This document shows, piece after piece, positions 10,145 through 19,456 of a stretch of DNA of 36,995 nt (position 1 is its first letter; each line of letters begins with the position of its first letter). The notes beneath the pieces were generated by a model. The model was not told the origin of the DNA and did not search any database. It was given only the letters and a program-made list of their open reading frames with translations. Both the position numbers and the translations under genes were made by a program. Source of the DNA: a virus (lineage: Duplodnaviria; Heunggongvirae; Uroviricota; Caudoviricetes); the IMG/VR virus record IMGVR_UViG_2565956608_000011, one strand, 5' to 3'.

Positions 10145-10711
10145 TCAGGGGGATTCATTGCTCTTATTTGCCGGAAATTTTCTATAAATGGTAGAAACGC
10201 CTACATCAAAAATCAGTGCAATACGCTGTCTTGATTCTCCGGCCTCGAGTAAACGTCCAATCTGTGCCCACTGTTCGGTGGTCAACTTAGGACGGCGTCC
10301 ACCTACTCTGCCTTTGGCGCGAGCTGCAGCAAGCCCCGCCCTGGTACGTTCAACTATCAGTTCGCGCTCCATTTCAGCCAGGCCCCCCATGACATGAAAA
10401 AAGAAACGGCCCATTGGGGTGCTGGTATCAATACTGTCAGTCAGGCTTCGGAAATTCACGCCACGCTGACGCAACTCTTCTATCAGCGTAACAAGATGCC
10501 GCATACTGCGTCCCAACCTGTCCAGCTTCCAAACAACCAGCGTGTCTCCTGCCGATAGTGTCCTGAGTAGTTTTTTCAGCCCCGGTCTGTCGGACTTAGT
10601 GCCACTGATTTTGTCCTCAAAAATCCGCTCACATCCCGCGCAGTTCAGTGCATTACGTTGCAAATCGGTGTTCTGGTCATTTGTTGACACGCGTACATAG
10701 CCAATAAGCAT
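10145..10711 (-). CDS. serine-recombinase DNA invertase (Gin/Cin/Pin/Hin family)
   Basis: N-terminus MLIGYVRVSTNDQNTDLQRNAL with catalytic-Ser region, C-terminal HTH (GVSTIYRKF); start taken at ATG 10711 (AGGGGA RBS 6 nt upstream) rather than 10717. Confidence 0.85.
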   Translation of the reverse strand: MLIGYVRVSTNDQNTDLQRNALNCAGCERIFEDKISGTKSDRPGLKKLLRTLSAGDTLVVWKLDRLGRSMRHLVTLIEELRQRGVNFRSLTDSIDTSTPMGRFFFHVMGGLAEMERELIVERTRAGLAAARAKGRVGGRRPKLTTEQWAQIGRLLEAGESRQRIALIFDVGVSTIYRKFPANKSNESP

Positions 10712-10766
10712 GATCATTCCCCTGAATAAAAACCGGAGATGATGCCAGTTAGCTGTTACCTCTGCA

Positions 10767-10792
10767 TTTTCATAAACGTTGGTTTGGGAGAA
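10767..10792. repeat. 26-bp invertase crossover site (cix/gix/hix-like), invertase-proximal
   Basis: TTTTCATAAACGTTGGTTTGGGAGAA; its 14-nt right half equals the reverse complement of the left half of the site at 12658-12683; half-site resembles the Hin/Gin consensus TTCTCnnAAACC. Confidence 0.7.
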
Positions 10793-11152
10793 GCAGCGAA
10801 ACGGGGTGTGGGGACAGGGGAAAATCAGATACCGGACATGGCCTCTTTTGCCAGTGGTGATGGATGGATGAAATTACCCAACGGGAAAATCCTGCAATAT
10901 GGTCGTGGTGCGGTTACGCCGACATTATCGACGCAAACAATGAGAATTACATTCAGCATCCCTTTTCCTAAAAAAGTGGACTGCGCCATGCTTACTCATT
11001 CTGGTGATGGTGGTGCGCCTTTAGGTGCTGGGCGGGGATTCGTGATGACCGCAGAAGGCCCAACATTAACCGGTTTTAATTCCGCTTACAGAACTGCATC
11101 AACCAGTTCCACAGTATCGATGAATTACAGTTGGTGGGCTGTTGGTGAGTAA
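10793..11152 (+). CDS. alternative tail-fibre C-terminal segment (Hv'), silent in this orientation
   Basis: open frame continuing from the GLGE codons in the crossover site; would fuse in frame to the constant part of H after inversion; no own start codon. Confidence 0.6.
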   Translation, partial: AAKRGVGTGENQIPDMASFASGDGWMKLPNGKILQYGRGAVTPTLSTQTMRITFSIPFPKKVDCAMLTHSGDGGAPLGAGRGFVMTAEGPTLTGFNSAYRTASTSSTVSMNYSWWAVGE

Positions 11153-11172
11153 TTTTATTCAGGGTGATTTAT

Positions 11173-11616
11173 ATGAACGAATATGTTTATAGCGCAAGGC
11201 ATAATGCTTTTTTCCCTGTGGATATGATTGATAAATATAAATCAGAGGGATGGGATTTATCAGACGCTAAGGAAGTAAATCAAAATATTATCAGTGAGTT
11301 TATGGCTGAACCGCCACAAGGAAAAATCCGTATTGCCGGAGATGATGGGCTGCCTGCGTGGGCAGATATTCCTCCACCCACGCATGAAGAACTTATTGAA
11401 ATTACTGAATCAGAAAGACAGCTACTAATTAACCAGGCCAACGAATACATGAACAGTAAGCAATGGCCCGGTAAAGCCGCTATTGGTCGTCTGAAAGATG
11501 ATGAACTGGCGCAATATAATTTGTGGCTGGATTATCTGGACGCACTGGAACTGGTTGATTCCTCCAGTGCGCCAGATATTGAATGGCCTACGCCTCCGGC
11601 AGTTCAGGCCAGATGA
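11173..11616 (+). CDS. alternative tail fibre assembly protein (G')
   Basis: 147-aa ORF from ATG 11173 (AGGGTG RBS); C-terminus (DYLDALELVDSSSAPDIEWP) parallels that of the minus-strand G protein; convergent with G. Confidence 0.7.
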   Translation: MNEYVYSARHNAFFPVDMIDKYKSEGWDLSDAKEVNQNIISEFMAEPPQGKIRIAGDDGLPAWADIPPPTHEELIEITESERQLLINQANEYMNSKQWPGKAAIGRLKDDELAQYNLWLDYLDALELVDSSSAPDIEWPTPPAVQAR

Positions 11617-12190
11617 CATCCGGCGCGGTGCTGGTATCTGTTGCCGTCACCGCGTCAATGTAATCCAGCACAGCGTTAAGGCGGGTTGTTTCTGCCTGCG
11701 TCAGCTTCCGTCCGGCCTGTAATTTCAGTTGAATCAGACTGATGGAGGCCATTGCAGTATCAATCAGCGACTGGCGCAGTGCTTCTGCTGCATCTACTGC
11801 TGCGCCGTGCTGTGCCTCGGTATCTGTCACCCATTTCTCACCATTCCATTTATCGTATGGCGTTAACGGGGCGATAGTGGTTGTATTTTCAGGATAATCA
11901 CCCGGAGCTGTGATTTCTTTCGATTCTCCTGTTTCGGTGCTATAGACGATTTCACCGCGATGATCTGGCACATATTCCCATGAATTTAAATCCATCGAAC
12001 GGCAGATAGCATAACCCGCCTTATGTGTGCCAGGGGCATCTAAACAGGAATATGCAGGGATACCGACACCAATGGCAAGATATTCATTTGAAGTGGAAAT
12101 ATATTCCCGAGTTTCACCATCATAGTTATAGACGGTAATATTCCCCGCCTTCGTGGCAATAAGCTCGCTATTTAATACGGCGTTATCCAT
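11588..12190 (-). CDS. G: tail fibre assembly protein G
   Basis: 200-aa ORF immediately downstream of H with overlapping stop/start. Confidence 0.8.
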   Translation of the reverse strand: MDNAVLNSELIATKAGNITVYNYDGETREYISTSNEYLAIGVGIPAYSCLDAPGTHKAGYAICRSMDLNSWEYVPDHRGEIVYSTETGESKEITAPGDYPENTTTIAPLTPYDKWNGEKWVTDTEAQHGAAVDAAEALRQSLIDTAMASISLIQLKLQAGRKLTQAETTRLNAVLDYIDAVTATDTSTAPDVIWPELPEA

Positions 12191-13719
12191 TATGCAGCCC
12201 TCACGATAAAGTTAAATGCAATATTTCGTGGACGGGTTTCACTCCCGCCAGTATTACCGATACTCCCTCGTGAATGAAGTGTCGGTGATGGGATCAGACT
12301 CCCTCCTGTATTTGTGGCATCAAGTCCCCGTCCTTGTGTGTATGTCTTTTTGAAAATCGTAGCCAGTTCCCATTCATCTTTTGTGTCGTAACCATCATTG
12401 GCAACAACAATATGACGGTGCTTTTCCAGCATCCCAGCCTGAAGGCTCAATAAAGCACGTCCTGCATCAATACCGCGCCCATCATCCCAGCCACGAATAA
12501 ATTCACCTCGTAAATCAGGCAATTTATTTGTAGGGTAAGCCTTTGCCAGTTCCGGGTATTCTTCAGCAGAAAAAGCCGCACCATTGCATTTCAGCCAGCC
12601 TGTTGGCGGAGTGGCTGAAGGCCACGGAACAGGCACCCCAACAGGTAATGCTGAGCCTTCTCCCAAACCAAGGTATGCGAGAAGACCTGCTACATCCTTT
12701 CCACTCAAATGAGTCAGCGTATTGTCCAGCGGTTGTTTACCTGCCAGCGCATTAAGCATTGTCGTGGCAAAGTTCGGATCATTCCCCAGTGCCGCCGCCA
12801 GTTCGTTCAGTGTATCCAGTGCCGCAGGTGCAGAACCCACCATTGCCGCAATCGCCGATTTCACAAATGCCGTGGTGGCAATCTGTGTATTGTTGACCGA
12901 CTGTGCCGCAGTAGGTGCTGTTGGCGTTCCGGTGAGTGCCGGACTCGACAGCGGCGCTTTCAGTGCCAGCGCATTATTAATAGTGGTACTGAATTTCGGG
13001 TCATTGTTAATGGCTGCGGCAATTTCTTTCAGTGTGTCCAGCGTGGCTGGCGCACCGTTAATCAGAGCAGTAATAGCGGCCTGAACAAACTCTGTGGTCG
13101 CAATCCGAGTGGTGTTATTTCCTGCTGCAGGCGTCGGCGCTTTTGGTTCTCCGGTAAATGTCGGATTATGTTTCTGCGCATACTGGGTATGAGGATCTTG
13201 TGCGGCAATGTGGTTTCTCATCTGGTCATCCACATACAGCTTTAATTCCAGGACTTTATCATCCACGTATTTACGGGTTGCCAGCACTACAGCAGGGTCG
13301 ATTTTCAGGGTGATATTGTCCGTGCTGCTGGTAATCAGCACCATGCGCACGGTCTGGGTACGCCCGCTGCCTTCAGCCAGTTGCGGCTTATAGCTTTCCG
13401 GGCAGTTTCCCACGGCAATCAATGCCCCGGACTCATCAAACAGGCCCACTTCACGTATCCACCAACCGCCCTCGTTTTCAGGGATCACCTGTTCAGCAAT
13501 AATCTGGCTGCTGTTCTGCGGGTCGATATAAAGCATATTCAGCGCAGCCCGGCGTTTCTCATTTACCAGTGCCGTCTGCTTTGCGTCCGGCGTTGGCAAT
13601 ACTCCGCCGCCATCGCCCACCGCCATATGGGTAATTTTTAGCGGCACACCGAGCGCGGCGGCGCTGGCAAGTTTCGCCGCGCCAATATCCGTCAGCAGGG
13701 TATAAAATTTTGTGCTCAT
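12190..13719 (-). CDS. H: tail fibre protein H (constant N-terminal part 12684-13719 plus currently expressed variable C-terminus 12190-12657)
   Basis: 509-aa ORF with Ala/Thr-rich repeats (TxxLINGAPAxLDTLxExAAA twice); contains the crossover site at the constant/variable junction. Confidence 0.85.
   Translation of the reverse strand: MSTKFYTLLTDIGAAKLASAAALGVPLKITHMAVGDGGGVLPTPDAKQTALVNEKRRAALNMLYIDPQNSSQIIAEQVIPENEGGWWIREVGLFDESGALIAVGNCPESYKPQLAEGSGRTQTVRMVLITSSTDNITLKIDPAVVLATRKYVDDKVLELKLYVDDQMRNHIAAQDPHTQYAQKHNPTFTGEPKAPTPAAGNNTTRIATTEFVQAAITALINGAPATLDTLKEIAAAINNDPKFSTTINNALALKAPLSSPALTGTPTAPTAAQSVNNTQIATTAFVKSAIAAMVGSAPAALDTLNELAAALGNDPNFATTMLNALAGKQPLDNTLTHLSGKDVAGLLAYLGLGEGSALPVGVPVPWPSATPPTGWLKCNGAAFSAEEYPELAKAYPTNKLPDLRGEFIRGWDDGRGIDAGRALLSLQAGMLEKHRHIVVANDGYDTKDEWELATIFKKTYTQGRGLDATNTGGSLIPSPTLHSRGSIGNTGGSETRPRNIAFNFIVRAA
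12658..12683. repeat. 26-bp invertase crossover site inside the tail fibre gene
   Basis: TTCTCCCAAACCAAGGTATGCGAGAA, in inverted orientation relative to the site at 10767-10792. Confidence 0.7.
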
Positions 13720-14321
13720 GGATTCACTCTCATTGTGTCAATAACATGGACCGCCCCGCCTTCATGCGCGGTGCCACCGGAAATAATCGTTTCGTTGATA
13801 TACGGATAGATCGTGATTTCTTCGCCAAGATAGCTGGCGGCTCCCACCCAATGCGGGCCGCTGGTCTGCAGATTGATGGACATGCCGATCATGTGGCGGC
13901 TACATGGTTTGGCATCGCTTATCAGTCGCTCAAGTTCCAGATAGGTATCTTCAGTGATGCCCTGGTCCTGCACGCCGATATCCAGGCGAAACGTGCCCGG
14001 TGTTTCTCCGGTCTGCCACCACTCAATAATGCGGATCAGGAATCCGAACGGTTCCACCACCCGCCGCACGGCACTGGTGGTTCCTTTATGCTGATGAATA
14101 TAAAAAGCATCCTTCACTACCTGGCGTTTGACGCTTTCTGTCCAGCCCTCGTCCCAGCGATCCACAGAGAACGCCCAGGCGAGATAAGGCAGGAAGCTGA
14201 CCGGACAGGTAGCCGGATTCCACAAGTCACGCAGCGGCACCTGCAAATCAGAAATCCCGCTACAGGTTTGCGCCAGTCGGCGCTCCAGTGAAGTTGAACC
14301 CGGTGGCAGCAGACTATTCAT
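13716..14321 (-). CDS. I: baseplate protein I
   Basis: 201-aa ORF between J and H; P2 synteny. Confidence 0.8.
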   Translation of the reverse strand: MNSLLPPGSTSLERRLAQTCSGISDLQVPLRDLWNPATCPVSFLPYLAWAFSVDRWDEGWTESVKRQVVKDAFYIHQHKGTTSAVRRVVEPFGFLIRIIEWWQTGETPGTFRLDIGVQDQGITEDTYLELERLISDAKPCSRHMIGMSINLQTSGPHWVGAASYLGEEITIYPYINETIISGGTAHEGGAVHVIDTMRVNP

Positions 14322-15222
14322 CCGTTCCTCCGTTGGTTACACTCCACTGCGTACATGATGCCGCCTGTGTTTTGTTCAGGACCACATCCGCCAGCGGAGA
14401 AGCCAGTTCCACACGTTGAACACCCTCAACATGCAGAGCAGCAAAGATGGCGCTACGGCGAATATCCCGACCAAGCCTCGTCTGGCTGGCAATGTACTTC
14501 TGCAGACTGGCTTTTGCCGCTGCCATTACCGGCTCTGCTTCCGGTCCCGGATAGAGAAAAATGGTGGCTTCCACGCGATACGGGATGATTTCTGCGCTGC
14601 GAACCGTAAGACGGTCAGCCACCGGGCGGACGTTCTCACTGTTCAGAGCTTTTTCCACCACGTCCAGCAGGTCTTTTTCTGCAGTTCCATCGCCTTCGCG
14701 GCTAAGGACAGTCAGCACCACCTCTGCAGGTGCCGGGCTGGTTGCACTGGCATCCGCCACCCGACCGTCGGCGCTTCGGGCATGAAATTCATAAGCTGCA
14801 GTTGGCCCCGCAACAGAAAGCCCTTCAAAGGCTGCAGGCACACGCAGGCGCAACGCTTCATCGCTTTCCATCACAGCTGCAACGGGCGGCACAGCATCAT
14901 TATCAGCAGGCGTCACCGTCAGGCGTGTCACGTTGTAGTTGGCAGCGAGCTGGTCAAGATCGCCGCCCATCGCGTAAGCCACCATCACCGCCTGCGCGGC
15001 TTCGTTAATGCGCTGGCGCAGAAGCAACTCACGGTAAGCGTTCTCCTGCAACAATTTAGTGGCGGGTTCAGATTCCAGTTCCAGCGTGCGGATCACTGCT
15101 TCCTGCTCATCTTTCGGATGAAGCGCCACAAATTCTGCCTTGCGTTCGGCAAGCAGCCTCTCAAAGTCCGGCACATCCACAATCTGCGGTGCAGGCAACT
15201 GCGAAAGGTCAATCACTGCCAT
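14314..15222 (-). CDS. J: baseplate wedge protein J
   Basis: about 302 aa from internal Met MAVIDLSQLP; longer ORF to 15261 is probably an upstream extension. Confidence 0.8.
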   Translation of the reverse strand: MAVIDLSQLPAPQIVDVPDFERLLAERKAEFVALHPKDEQEAVIRTLELESEPATKLLQENAYRELLLRQRINEAAQAVMVAYAMGGDLDQLAANYNVTRLTVTPADNDAVPPVAAVMESDEALRLRVPAAFEGLSVAGPTAAYEFHARSADGRVADASATSPAPAEVVLTVLSREGDGTAEKDLLDVVEKALNSENVRPVADRLTVRSAEIIPYRVEATIFLYPGPEAEPVMAAAKASLQKYIASQTRLGRDIRRSAIFAALHVEGVQRVELASPLADVVLNKTQAASCTQWSVTNGGTDE

Positions 15223-15568
15223 TCTCTGCTCCTGTTGATACGGAAAGGGACACAGGCACACCGTTATTACGCCGCCCGGTCAGCTCCACCACCATTGAAC
15301 CGTCAAAATTGCTGTTGATGGTGATGGAATCCAGCGTCAACCGTGGCTCCCAGCGACTCAGCGCCACATACACTGCCGACATGACCTGCAGGCGTAATGC
15401 CGGATTTTGTGGCTGATCTATCAGTGCCGACAGCAGGGAACCATATTCCCGGCGGGCAATGCGGCTACCCTGCGGCGTCAGCAGAATGTCCCGCACCGAC
15501 TGGCACAGATGGTCAATATCAGTAATGACTTTGCCGCTGGTATTGTTCATCCCGCTATAAAGCGTCAT
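15209..15568 (-). CDS. W: baseplate protein W
   Basis: 119-aa ORF between V and J. Confidence 0.8.
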   Translation of the reverse strand: MTLYSGMNNTSGKVITDIDHLCQSVRDILLTPQGSRIARREYGSLLSALIDQPQNPALRLQVMSAVYVALSRWEPRLTLDSITINSNFDGSMVVELTGRRNNGVPVSLSVSTGAENGSD

Positions 15569-16143
15569 ACCGGGCCTCCGGTTGTATCGCCGCCTTTCAG
15601 GACGCCAGTATGCTGATGCGCATCAACCACGATCCCGTTAGAACTCATCGCTCCGCCGCCCTGGGTAACGCCACCATTGATCACCACTTCGCTGTTAATG
15701 CGCGTGCGGTCAGCCTCCAGTACAAACTCACTGGTTTTCATGGTGATGTTGTCAGCGGCCTCAATGACCATTGATTTGATGCCCCTGACATACCAGCGCC
15801 CGGTGGCGGGTTCATATTCAAACCAGCCGCCATCAGGATGTTCTGTCACGCAGGCGTCCGCCGACGTCGACGGTGGAGCGAACTGATTCGAATAGATGGC
15901 GGGCAACGCAAAGGCAGTCTCCAGATTGCCGCCCAGACTCAGCAGCACCACCTGCTCACCTTCCGATGGTTTCCACCATGTGCGGGCATTACCCGCGCGC
16001 AGCGTCAGCCAGTTAATCCAGTTGGTTTCAAGGTCGCCCGTTTTCACCCGACAAAGCCAGTTTTCCCGGTCCACTTCGGTGACTACACCTGTGCGGATCA
16101 GATTGGTGATAAGGCGCATGATTTCGGTTAATTGTGCGTTCAT
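15565..16143 (-). CDS. V: baseplate spike/hub protein V
   Basis: 192-aa ORF, first gene of the V-W-J-I-H-G block. Confidence 0.8.
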   Translation of the reverse strand: MNAQLTEIMRLITNLIRTGVVTEVDRENWLCRVKTGDLETNWINWLTLRAGNARTWWKPSEGEQVVLLSLGGNLETAFALPAIYSNQFAPPSTSADACVTEHPDGGWFEYEPATGRWYVRGIKSMVIEAADNITMKTSEFVLEADRTRINSEVVINGGVTQGGGAMSSNGIVVDAHQHTGVLKGGDTTGGPV

Positions 16144-16189
16144 AGGGAAAGGTTGCCATCAGGGGAAGAAAGGCGGCAGTGCTGCAACT

Positions 16190-16207
16190 TGTATCAGTGC
16201 TGATACA
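16190..16207. promoter_or_regulatory. TGT-N12-ACA dyad, candidate late promoter element upstream of V
   Basis: TGTatcagtgctgatACA in the S-V intergenic gap, centred ~55 nt upstream of the V ATG. Confidence 0.45.
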
Positions 16208-16211
16208 AAGA

Positions 16212-16658
16212 TCATCCCGCCAGCCATTGCAGAATCATGTCGCGGGTCATTGCCTCAACATCATCATTTACACCCAGCAGGCGGCGCTCTGCGTAACGGA
16301 CCTCAGGTCCTTTGCGACTGACGCGATCACGCAGGCCGTAATGGTGAACGCGGGCAATGCGCTGCACCTTACCTTCAAACTGCACGCTGGCAGAATCGGC
16401 GCTGGCGGCAGTTTTCAGGTATTTTGTGGTACGCAGCTTTGTAAACATCTGACGTTTGATGCGCCCCTTTTTGCTGCGTGCTGTTACTCTGCGCGGCTCA
16501 TAACTGCTGCCATCTGGATTGCGCTGCATCCTGATGTTCTGCCGCTGTGTCCGGCGCAGTTCCTGTGCCAGCTGGCGCATCATTCGGCTTCTTGCGGCTG
16601 GCTCTAGATTCGCCAGCAAGGCACTCAGCCAGTCGTCAACTTTCTGCAGTTCAGCCAC
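16212..16658 (-). CDS. S: tail completion protein S
   Basis: 148-aa ORF at the P2 gpS position. Confidence 0.8.
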   Translation of the reverse strand: MAELQKVDDWLSALLANLEPAARSRMMRQLAQELRRTQRQNIRMQRNPDGSSYEPRRVTARSKKGRIKRQMFTKLRTTKYLKTAASADSASVQFEGKVQRIARVHHYGLRDRVSRKGPEVRYAERRLLGVNDDVEAMTRDMILQWLAG

Positions 16659-17103
16659 TTTTCACCGTCCACATTTCTTCAGGTTCATCAGGTTCCGCTA
16701 CCGCTTCAACACTCGACACACTGCCGTCAGTGCTGACCAGCACACGCTCCGTCAGTTGCAGGTTCAGGCTGATATCACAGACATCGTTACGCAGAATATC
16801 CACCTCAAAGGTGAATAGCTTTTCCCGTAACGCCGGGTTCTTGATGGCATCGGGCTGGTTATCCCGCAGCCACAGCAAAACCGGGGCCATCAGCAGATTC
16901 TGGTCGCCGCTGAAATCCTCAATCACCGCGTTCAGGGTGTAACGGTACTCCCACGACATGGAGCTGGCCCCCGTGGCAACCAGCGAACCGTTATCCACAA
17001 ACAGATGTAGTTTGTCCGGGTTATTGCGGACATAAGGCACCGCTTTATTGAGGGCGTGGCGCAGGGATTGTGGTTTGTTCACTGTTTCGCTCCTGACACG
17101 CAA
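16651..17103 (-). CDS. R: tail completion protein R
   Basis: 150-aa ORF at the P2 gpR position. Confidence 0.8.
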   Translation of the reverse strand: MRVRSETVNKPQSLRHALNKAVPYVRNNPDKLHLFVDNGSLVATGASSMSWEYRYTLNAVIEDFSGDQNLLMAPVLLWLRDNQPDAIKNPALREKLFTFEVDILRNDVCDISLNLQLTERVLVSTDGSVSSVEAVAEPDEPEEMWTVKSG

Positions 17104-17335
17104 TAATCATGTCCACTTTGTCTGCACAGACCGCCCAGGCGGCCTCCGTTTCATCCAGCAATGCGTTCAGATCACCGTTATTGCGCGGCGCTGTCTGATC
17201 CAGCCGACACGGCGTCACTCGCGGACAACCACTGACGGTAAGCTGCTCCTCCGGTGAGTGCCGGACGTTCCCGCAGCCGGATAATGTCAGCAGGCAAAGG
17301 AGTATCAGCCCAGCGGCGTAAATCCTCGTTCTCAC
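17045..17335 (-). CDS. lysC: outer-membrane spanin lipoprotein LysC (Rz1-like)
   Basis: 96-aa ORF with lipobox LTLSGC, partly embedded out of frame in the 3' end of lysB. Confidence 0.7.
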   Translation of the reverse strand: MRTRIYAAGLILLCLLTLSGCGNVRHSPEEQLTVSGCPRVTPCRLDQTAPRNNGDLNALLDETEAAWAVCADKVDMIIACQERNSEQTTIPAPRPQ

Positions 17336-17606
17336 GTTTCAGTTCCTCGATCCGGCGTTGTCGTTGTCTCAGCTGTGCGCTGGTCTGTTCTGCTTCGGCA
17401 TAGAGCCGCGCCTGCTCCCGGTTATTGGTTTCAGTCAGAATGGACAGGCTGATAAGCTGGCTGTTGCTCTTTGCCAGTGCCTGGCTTTTGCTCTGCAGCT
17501 CGTCTGCCTGCGTGCTGATGGTCTGGCTGGCATCAGCCAGCCGCCACGTCTGCCAGCCCAGCGCCGCCAGTAATAACGCCAGCACAACCAGCAGCAACCG
17601 GTTCAT
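17178..17606 (-). CDS. lysB: inner-membrane spanin LysB (Rz-like)
   Basis: 142-aa ORF with N-terminal TM helix and coiled coil. Confidence 0.75.
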   Translation of the reverse strand: MNRLLLVVLALLLAALGWQTWRLADASQTISTQADELQSKSQALAKSNSQLISLSILTETNNREQARLYAEAEQTSAQLRQRQRRIEELKRENEDLRRWADTPLPADIIRLRERPALTGGAAYRQWLSASDAVSAGSDSAAQ

Positions 17607-17980
17607 GCTGCTACCTGTTGCGCCATCTGATTACGGGTGATCCAGAAGGCAATAACGGTCAGTAGATAAAAGACCAGGGTAATAGCCCACCCCGTCCAGG
17701 CGAGACTTACAACAATCAGCAATCGCATCACCCAACTGGTAAATACGTTTTCTTTTCGGGTAATTGTCTTCAGCAAAGATGCCCTTAACTCCTGCCAGAG
17801 CGGGCCATTCTTAATTAACGCAGCCAGTGCTACCGGAATTACCGCCCATGTCAGCAAACAGGCTACCCAAACGCCGGACGCTGCCAGTACCGGAAAAATC
17901 CCCTGCGGATACACCATTGCTGCGATTAACAGCGCCATCCATAACATCAGAAACAGTCCGCTGATTAATTTCTTTTTCAT
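17603..17980 (-). CDS. lysA: lysis timing membrane protein LysA
   Basis: multi-TM protein; start assumed at internal Met MKKKLISGLF (longer ORF extends to 18052). Confidence 0.6.
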   Translation of the reverse strand: MKKKLISGLFLMLWMALLIAAMVYPQGIFPVLAASGVWVACLLTWAVIPVALAALIKNGPLWQELRASLLKTITRKENVFTSWVMRLLIVVSLAWTGWAITLVFYLLTVIAFWITRNQMAQQVAA

Positions 17981-17981
17981 T

Positions 17982-18494
17982 TCAGTTTGCTCCCTGTAAA
18001 CACCAGGCCATCTCCCGCGCACGGCGGTTATCCAGCCCCTGATTAAAAACACCTTTCACATAAACCCAGCGCGGCAACTGTCGGCACGCATCTGCCCAGC
18101 GCCGCTGATTGAGTAATTTCACCAGCGTGGAACTGCAGGCATTGCCCGTTCCCACGTTGAAGGCAAACGACACCGCAGCGTCATACACCTTCTGCGGCGG
18201 CTGTTGCTTCACACACCTTTCCAGCGCCCGCTCGACACGCAGCACGTTGGAGATCAGCCCTTCTGCTGCCTGTCGCTCCGTAATGGTTTTGCCGGGAATG
18301 ACGCCCGACGTATTACCAATGCCGTCGGTCCAGACACCCGCGCTGCACTGATACGGCTGCAGACGACAACCTTCGTAATCGGCAATCAGTTTCAGCCCCT
18401 CCACGGAGGTGTGAAGCTGCTGAAAACCCGGCAGCGTGGCAGCAATAGCCAGCACGGCCCCGACAAGGCAGCGTTTAACGATTGATGGATTCAT
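17982..18494 (-). CDS. K: endolysin (lysozyme-like), possible SAR type
   Basis: 170-aa ORF with Gly/Ala-rich weakly hydrophobic N-terminus (CLVGAVLAIAATLPG) followed by a lysozyme-like E...D...T region. Confidence 0.75.
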   Translation of the reverse strand: MNPSIVKRCLVGAVLAIAATLPGFQQLHTSVEGLKLIADYEGCRLQPYQCSAGVWTDGIGNTSGVIPGKTITERQAAEGLISNVLRVERALERCVKQQPPQKVYDAAVSFAFNVGTGNACSSTLVKLLNQRRWADACRQLPRWVYVKGVFNQGLDNRRAREMAWCLQGAN

Positions 18495-18690
18495 AGTCCT
18501 CCCGCGAGATCTGCCCGTCGCGCAGAAGCTGGTAGGCTTTGTGTTTGTAGTACCAGTTGATAGCCAGCATCAGCACACCAATCATCAGGCCGCCCAGCGT
18601 TGAGGCATCCTTGATGGACAAATCGCCCAGCCAGGCCAGCACGACGGCGATGCAATACGTGATAAAGGCGCTGATTCGCTCAAGCGTCAT
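18475..18690 (-). CDS. Y: holin
   Basis: 71-aa protein with two predicted TM helices and charged C-terminus, directly upstream of the endolysin. Confidence 0.7.
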   Translation of the reverse strand: MTLERISAFITYCIAVVLAWLGDLSIKDASTLGGLMIGVLMLAINWYYKHKAYQLLRDGQISREDYESINR

Positions 18691-18693
18691 AAT

Positions 18694-18897
18694 TCAGTCC
18701 CATAGCTGGACGGTCTGCACGGTGGTGGTGGTCGGAATGTCCGGCAGCTCCACCTGCAGCCCGTGAGGTAAAAAGGGGCCGTATTCGGCAAGCCCCGGAT
18801 TTGCCTTCAGTACCTGCTCCGTGACACCCTGCGTGCGCCCGTAATGACGCCAGCAAAGCGCGTCCACCGTGTCATACTGATGCGCACGCACTTTCAT
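18694..18897 (-). CDS. X: tail protein X (LysM-like)
   Basis: 67-aa ORF at the P2 gpX position. Confidence 0.75.
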   Translation of the reverse strand: MKVRAHQYDTVDALCWRHYGRTQGVTEQVLKANPGLAEYGPFLPHGLQVELPDIPTTTTVQTVQLWD

Positions 18898-19424
18898 CAG
18901 ATAAGCTCCACTGTGCAGTGCGGCGCATCCTGCACCCGGCTGATGGCCCAGCGGGCGTCACGCCACAAATCACCGCTGGCTTCTGCCAGTTCTTCGCCTC
19001 GCTTCACACCGGATGCCGTGGCGTCATAGTCCTGGTATCGTTCGTTGAGCATGGCGCGTGCCCAGCAGTAAACCGCGTTGAAATAGTGCTGAATGCGCTC
19101 ACTTTTGCCGTCCAGCTGCTCCGCCGGAACCTCTGCCAGCGAGGCATATCCCAGCATCTGCTGGCGTCTGCGAAACTCATACAGCTCTGCGTTGACCTCC
19201 GAAATTGCCGACAGCGCAACCTGCTTTAAACGCGGCTGCGTCACCGTGCCGTCAGTGCGCATGACACTGCGAAACTCCGACAGGTCCACATCAGGCCAGA
19301 ACGGCGTGTTTCTGATGATTTCCGCCTGTTCCGGTGCCTGTTCTGGCGCAACAAACTTCATGCTGCTTTCTCCTGAAATAGAGGGCGGTGGACGGGGTTT
19401 TGATGTGGCAGTGCCTTTCGCCAC
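18897..19424 (-). CDS. L: head completion/stabilisation protein L
   Basis: 175-aa ORF after the small terminase gene; true start may be an internal Met (MKFVAPEQ). Confidence 0.7.
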   Translation of the reverse strand: MAKGTATSKPRPPPSISGESSMKFVAPEQAPEQAEIIRNTPFWPDVDLSEFRSVMRTDGTVTQPRLKQVALSAISEVNAELYEFRRRQQMLGYASLAEVPAEQLDGKSERIQHYFNAVYCWARAMLNERYQDYDATASGVKRGEELAEASGDLWRDARWAISRVQDAPHCTVELI

Positions 19425-19456
19425 CCCGTGCCGCCCGTGCGCGGGGGCACGTTCTG

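Noticed and set aside
10739-10792. ATG at 10739 as the start of an independent 137-aa gene
   Set aside because: The first 18 codons run through the invertase crossover site; the downstream frame is better explained as a promoterless alternative tail-fibre C-terminus used only after inversion.
12709-13245. Cys/Arg-rich 178-aa and 120-aa plus-strand ORFs inside tail fibre gene H
   Set aside because: Antisense to the repetitive Ala/Thr-rich H coding region; composition is an artefact of the repeats.
14416-15318. 300-aa plus-strand ORF antisense to baseplate J/W
   Set aside because: Overlaps J and W completely on the other strand; Arg/His/Cys-rich junk-like composition.
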